Part shown: one piece after another, positions 60,820-64,000 of the stretch | How the letters are laid out: every line of letters begins with the position of its first letter | Numbering within the stretch: the first letter of the stretch is position 1 | Origin: Squalus acanthias | Taxonomy: Eukaryota | Length of the DNA stretch: 64,000 bases | Direction: 5' to 3' | Assembly (NCBI GenBank): GCA_030390025.1 | Contig: JASTWF010000036.1 | Span: forward strand, 3,722,001 to 3,786,000 | Translations under genes and position numbers: made by a program | The notes under the pieces: generated by a model | Told to the model about the DNA's origin: nothing | Databases searched by the model: none | What the model saw: the letters and a program-made list of their open reading frames with translations, nothing else

Positions 60820-61525
60820 GGACCTCAGTTTAACATCTCATCTGAAAGACGGCACCTCTGATAGTGCAGCACTCCTGCAGTACTGCACTTGGAGTGTCAG
60901 CCTGGATTATGGGTTCAAGTCTCTGGAGTGGGGCTTGAACCCACAACCTTCTGACTCAGAAGTGCTACCCACTGAGCCACAGCTGACACTAGTAATAGGT
61001 TGCCAACCCAGTCTCTCAGCCACAGTGGGTGGCCCAGGGAGATCAGAAAAGAAAGAAAAAGAAAGACTTGCATTTCTACAGCGCCTTTCACAACCACCAG
61101 GCGTCTCAAAGCGCTTTACAGTCAATGAAGTACTTTTTGAAGTGTAGTCACTGTTGTAATGTGGGAAACGCGGCAGCCAATTTGCACACAGAAAGCTCCC
61201 ACAAACAGCAATGTGATTGACATGAATCTTGTCATTCATGTGGAAATGACTTATGAAATAATACTGGGCGGCCTGCTGGTGGCGCTGTCCAGGGAGAGTA
61301 TAAATACTCGGGCATGGGCCCAGCTTGCTCAGGACATTCTTTAACAGGAACTAGTGAAGGACACAACTAGATCTCCATGTTGTAAAACAGTTGATTAAAG
61401 CTTTGTTTAACGCTTAGACCAAGTGCCTAGTAGTTTTCTTACATCAGTGAGAATGACCAGATAATCTGTTTTTTTGTTATGTTGGTTGAGGGATAAATAT
61501 TGGCCAGGACACTGGGGATAACACC
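60820..61525 (-). mobile_element. DeuSINE head (60820-60989) and DeuSINE 3' half (61055-61525) containing a solo LTR
   Basis: Match to in-window SINE copies. Confidence 0.8.
61218..61446 (+). mobile_element. Gypsy solo LTR (family B), 229 bp
   Basis: TGAC...ATCA ends; TSD GTGAT/GTGAG (61213-61217 / 61447-61451). Confidence 0.93.
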
Positions 61526-61952
61526 CCTCCTCTAAGAGAAGAAAAGTAGATAGTAATTGGCCTCAAAATAAATATTGGATCTCAGCGATCAGGATCCCTT
61601 TTAAAAACCAGTTCTGGGCTGGAGCTCCAACGTACTGGGCTATGGATACAGGTCCACACTCACAGTTTTCTCCACGGTAAATTCTTGATTGCAACCATGC
61701 TGTTTTTGGCAAGCCCTGAGCTACGCTTCCTCACAAGGGTAAATAAGAAAGGACAATGTCAGAAAGCTCAGAGTGGCCAACTGTAAAACAGAGTAAGCAG
61801 AGGCCTGGCAAGAGATTGGCTGCCTACCCTATTGACCAGGGGTGGTGCATGAAGTCCACAAGAAGGGGAAAGAAACAAATATATTTTACTTCATATAATG
61901 AATAAATTATTACACAATAAATCTGTAGGAGTATGTTTGTGTGTGTGTGCTA

Positions 61953-64000
61953 GGCCGATGTAGCAGAGCCTGGTCTCCAATCGTCTTGGATCACCTTGCC
62001 ATTGGACCAAGACCTTGCTCTGTCAAGCCCGTGTGGTAGCTGGTGTGCAACTGCCACCCCACGCTAAAAGAATTCACGCACAGGCATCTTCCACCCTTTA
62101 AAATGAAGTTTGGGACCTGGAACGTCAGGACCCTCATGGACAACCCCAACAGAGACAGACCGGAACGCCGTACTGCTATCGTTGCCCGGGAGCTCAGACG
62201 TTTCGACATAGACATCGCCGCCCTAAGCGAGACCCGGCGGGCAGAGGAAGGCCAGCTCAAGGAGCAAGGCGGTGGTTACACCTTCTTCTGGAAAGGCAGA
62301 CCTGAAGAAGAACGCCGCCTCCATGGGGTAGGCTTCGGCATAAAAAATGAGCTAGTTAAACGTCTCAGAGACTCTCCTTGTGGAATAAACGAATTCCTCA
62401 TGACTCTACGGCTCACCCTAGCCCGGAACCAGTGCGCTACGGTCATCAGTGCGTACGCCCCAACACTGGAAGCCACAGACGAGACCAAAGAGGAATTCTA
62501 CTCCAGCCTCGAACAATCCCTGTCCCGAGTCCCAACGGGCGACAAGCTGATCCTCCTTGGCGACTTTAATGCCAGTGTTGAAAAGGACACAGACCTCTGG
62601 GGAGGTGTGATCGGCAGAAAGGGGGTAGGGAAAGCCAACTTCAACGGTACCCTCCTCCTGACGAAATGCTTAGAGCATGGCCTTGTCATAACCAACACCT
62701 TGTTCCATTAGAGAGACAAGTACAAGGCTTCATGGCAGCACCCTCGCTCCAAGCACTGGCATCTGCTGGACTACGTCATCGTCCGAGCGAGGGACCACAA
62801 GGACGTCCGCATCACCCGCGCCATGACAGGAGCTGATGACTGCTGGACAGACCACTGCCTAATCCGCTCTGTTATCTCCATCAACGTAGCCCCAAAACAA
62901 CAGCAGCAACAGAAGCAATGCCGCAGGAAAATCAACGCTGGAGCACTCAAGGACCCCGCTAAGAAAGCCCGATTCAGCCCGCGCCTCACAACCAATCTGA
63001 CGACTCCCAGCAATTCAGAGACACAGAGTGTCCACAGCGCCTGGTCTGCACTCAAGGCCTCCATAATCAGCACCTGTAAAGAGACGCTCGGTCACTCGAC
63101 CAGGAAACACCAAGACTGGTTCGACGAGAACGACCAGGAGATCCAGGAGCTAATAAGCCGTAAGCGCAAGGCATTCCTGATCTGGAAACAGCAACAGAAC
63201 TCGAGAGCAAGAAAGCAGCTCTACAGACGCCTGAAGGCCGAGGTCCAACAAAAAACTCGCGACCTAAAGAACAGATGGTGGGTGGAGAAAGCGCAGGAGA
63301 TCCAGCAGCTAGCCGACAACCACGACGTGCGTGGGTTCTTTAGCGCAGTCAAGACCACCTACGGCCCAAGCACCCAAGGTCCTACCCCACTGCGGGCCAA
63401 GAACGGAGAGGTACTTATCAAGGACAGAGAGGCAGTCAGTGCCCGCTGGAAGGAGCACTTCGAAGATCTCCTTAACCGAGACTCTGTCTTCGACGCGAGT
63501 GTCCTCAACTCCATCCCGCAGCATGCTACACGCCATCACCTCAGCACAACCCTAGCCTGGCATGAGGTTGAAAAGGCCATCTGACAACTGAAGAACAACA
63601 AGGCCTCAGGAGCAGATGGAATCCCCACTGAGGCACTAAAACATGGCGGAGAAGCACTATTGGCGTGAATACATTAACTCATTTCTCTTATTTGGAAGGA
63701 GGAGAGCATGCCAGGGGATCTCAGAGACGCCGTAATTGTGACCATCTTCAACAAAGGTGACAAGTCCGATTGTGGTAATTACAGAGGAGTCTCACTGCTG
63801 TCTGCCACAGGGAAAGACATCGCAAGAATCCTCCTCAATCGCCTTCTCCCAGTGGCTGAAGAGCTCCTCCCAGAGTCGCAATGCGGATTCTGCCCACTAA
63901 GGGGCACAATGGACATGATCTTCGCCGCGCGTCAACTACAAGAGAAATGTAGGGACAGCACCAACCGCTGTACATGGCCTTGTTTGATCTCACAAAGGCC
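61953..64000 (+). mobile_element. RTE-clade LINE 5' part (APE plus start of RT), degenerate, runs off the window
   Basis: MKFGTWNVRTLMD, AALSETR, SAYAPT, LGDFNA, WTDH and NYRGVSLL; in-frame stops at 62709 and 63582. Confidence 0.92.

Noticed and set aside
59771..61446. One LTR retrotransposon bounded by the two 229-bp LTRs
   Set aside because: Each LTR has its own TSD, and the sequence between them is LINE/SINE with no PBS, PPT or gag-pol.

Overview
This is eukaryotic, repeat-saturated DNA, almost certainly from a cartilaginous fish (shark-type CR1/HER1 LINEs, tRNA-headed Deu-domain SINEs, a V-SINE, LF-SINE-like relics). I cannot support any host protein-coding gene. Main contents: a ~9 kb array of a 43-bp satellite (1553-10612); four long CR1 LINE copies; a complete Tigger/pogo transposon (perfect 26-bp TIRs, TA TSD) whose transposase is split by a CR1; a full-length Gypsy LTR retrotransposon with identical 215-bp LTRs; three solo LTRs of a sister family; a large ERV-like solo LTR; Penelope fragments carrying minimal hammerhead ribozymes; Harbinger, RTE, L2 and Vingi-like remnants; and a 200-N gap. 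Many insertions are nested with readable target-site duplications. The most unusual signal is that the Gypsy has no tRNA primer-binding site. That position holds a perfect 13-nt complement of the LTR's own ATTAAA poly(A)-signal region, suggesting self-priming and/or poly(A)-signal masking. Family names come from motif recognition, not database searches. Boundaries without a stated TSD are approximate.
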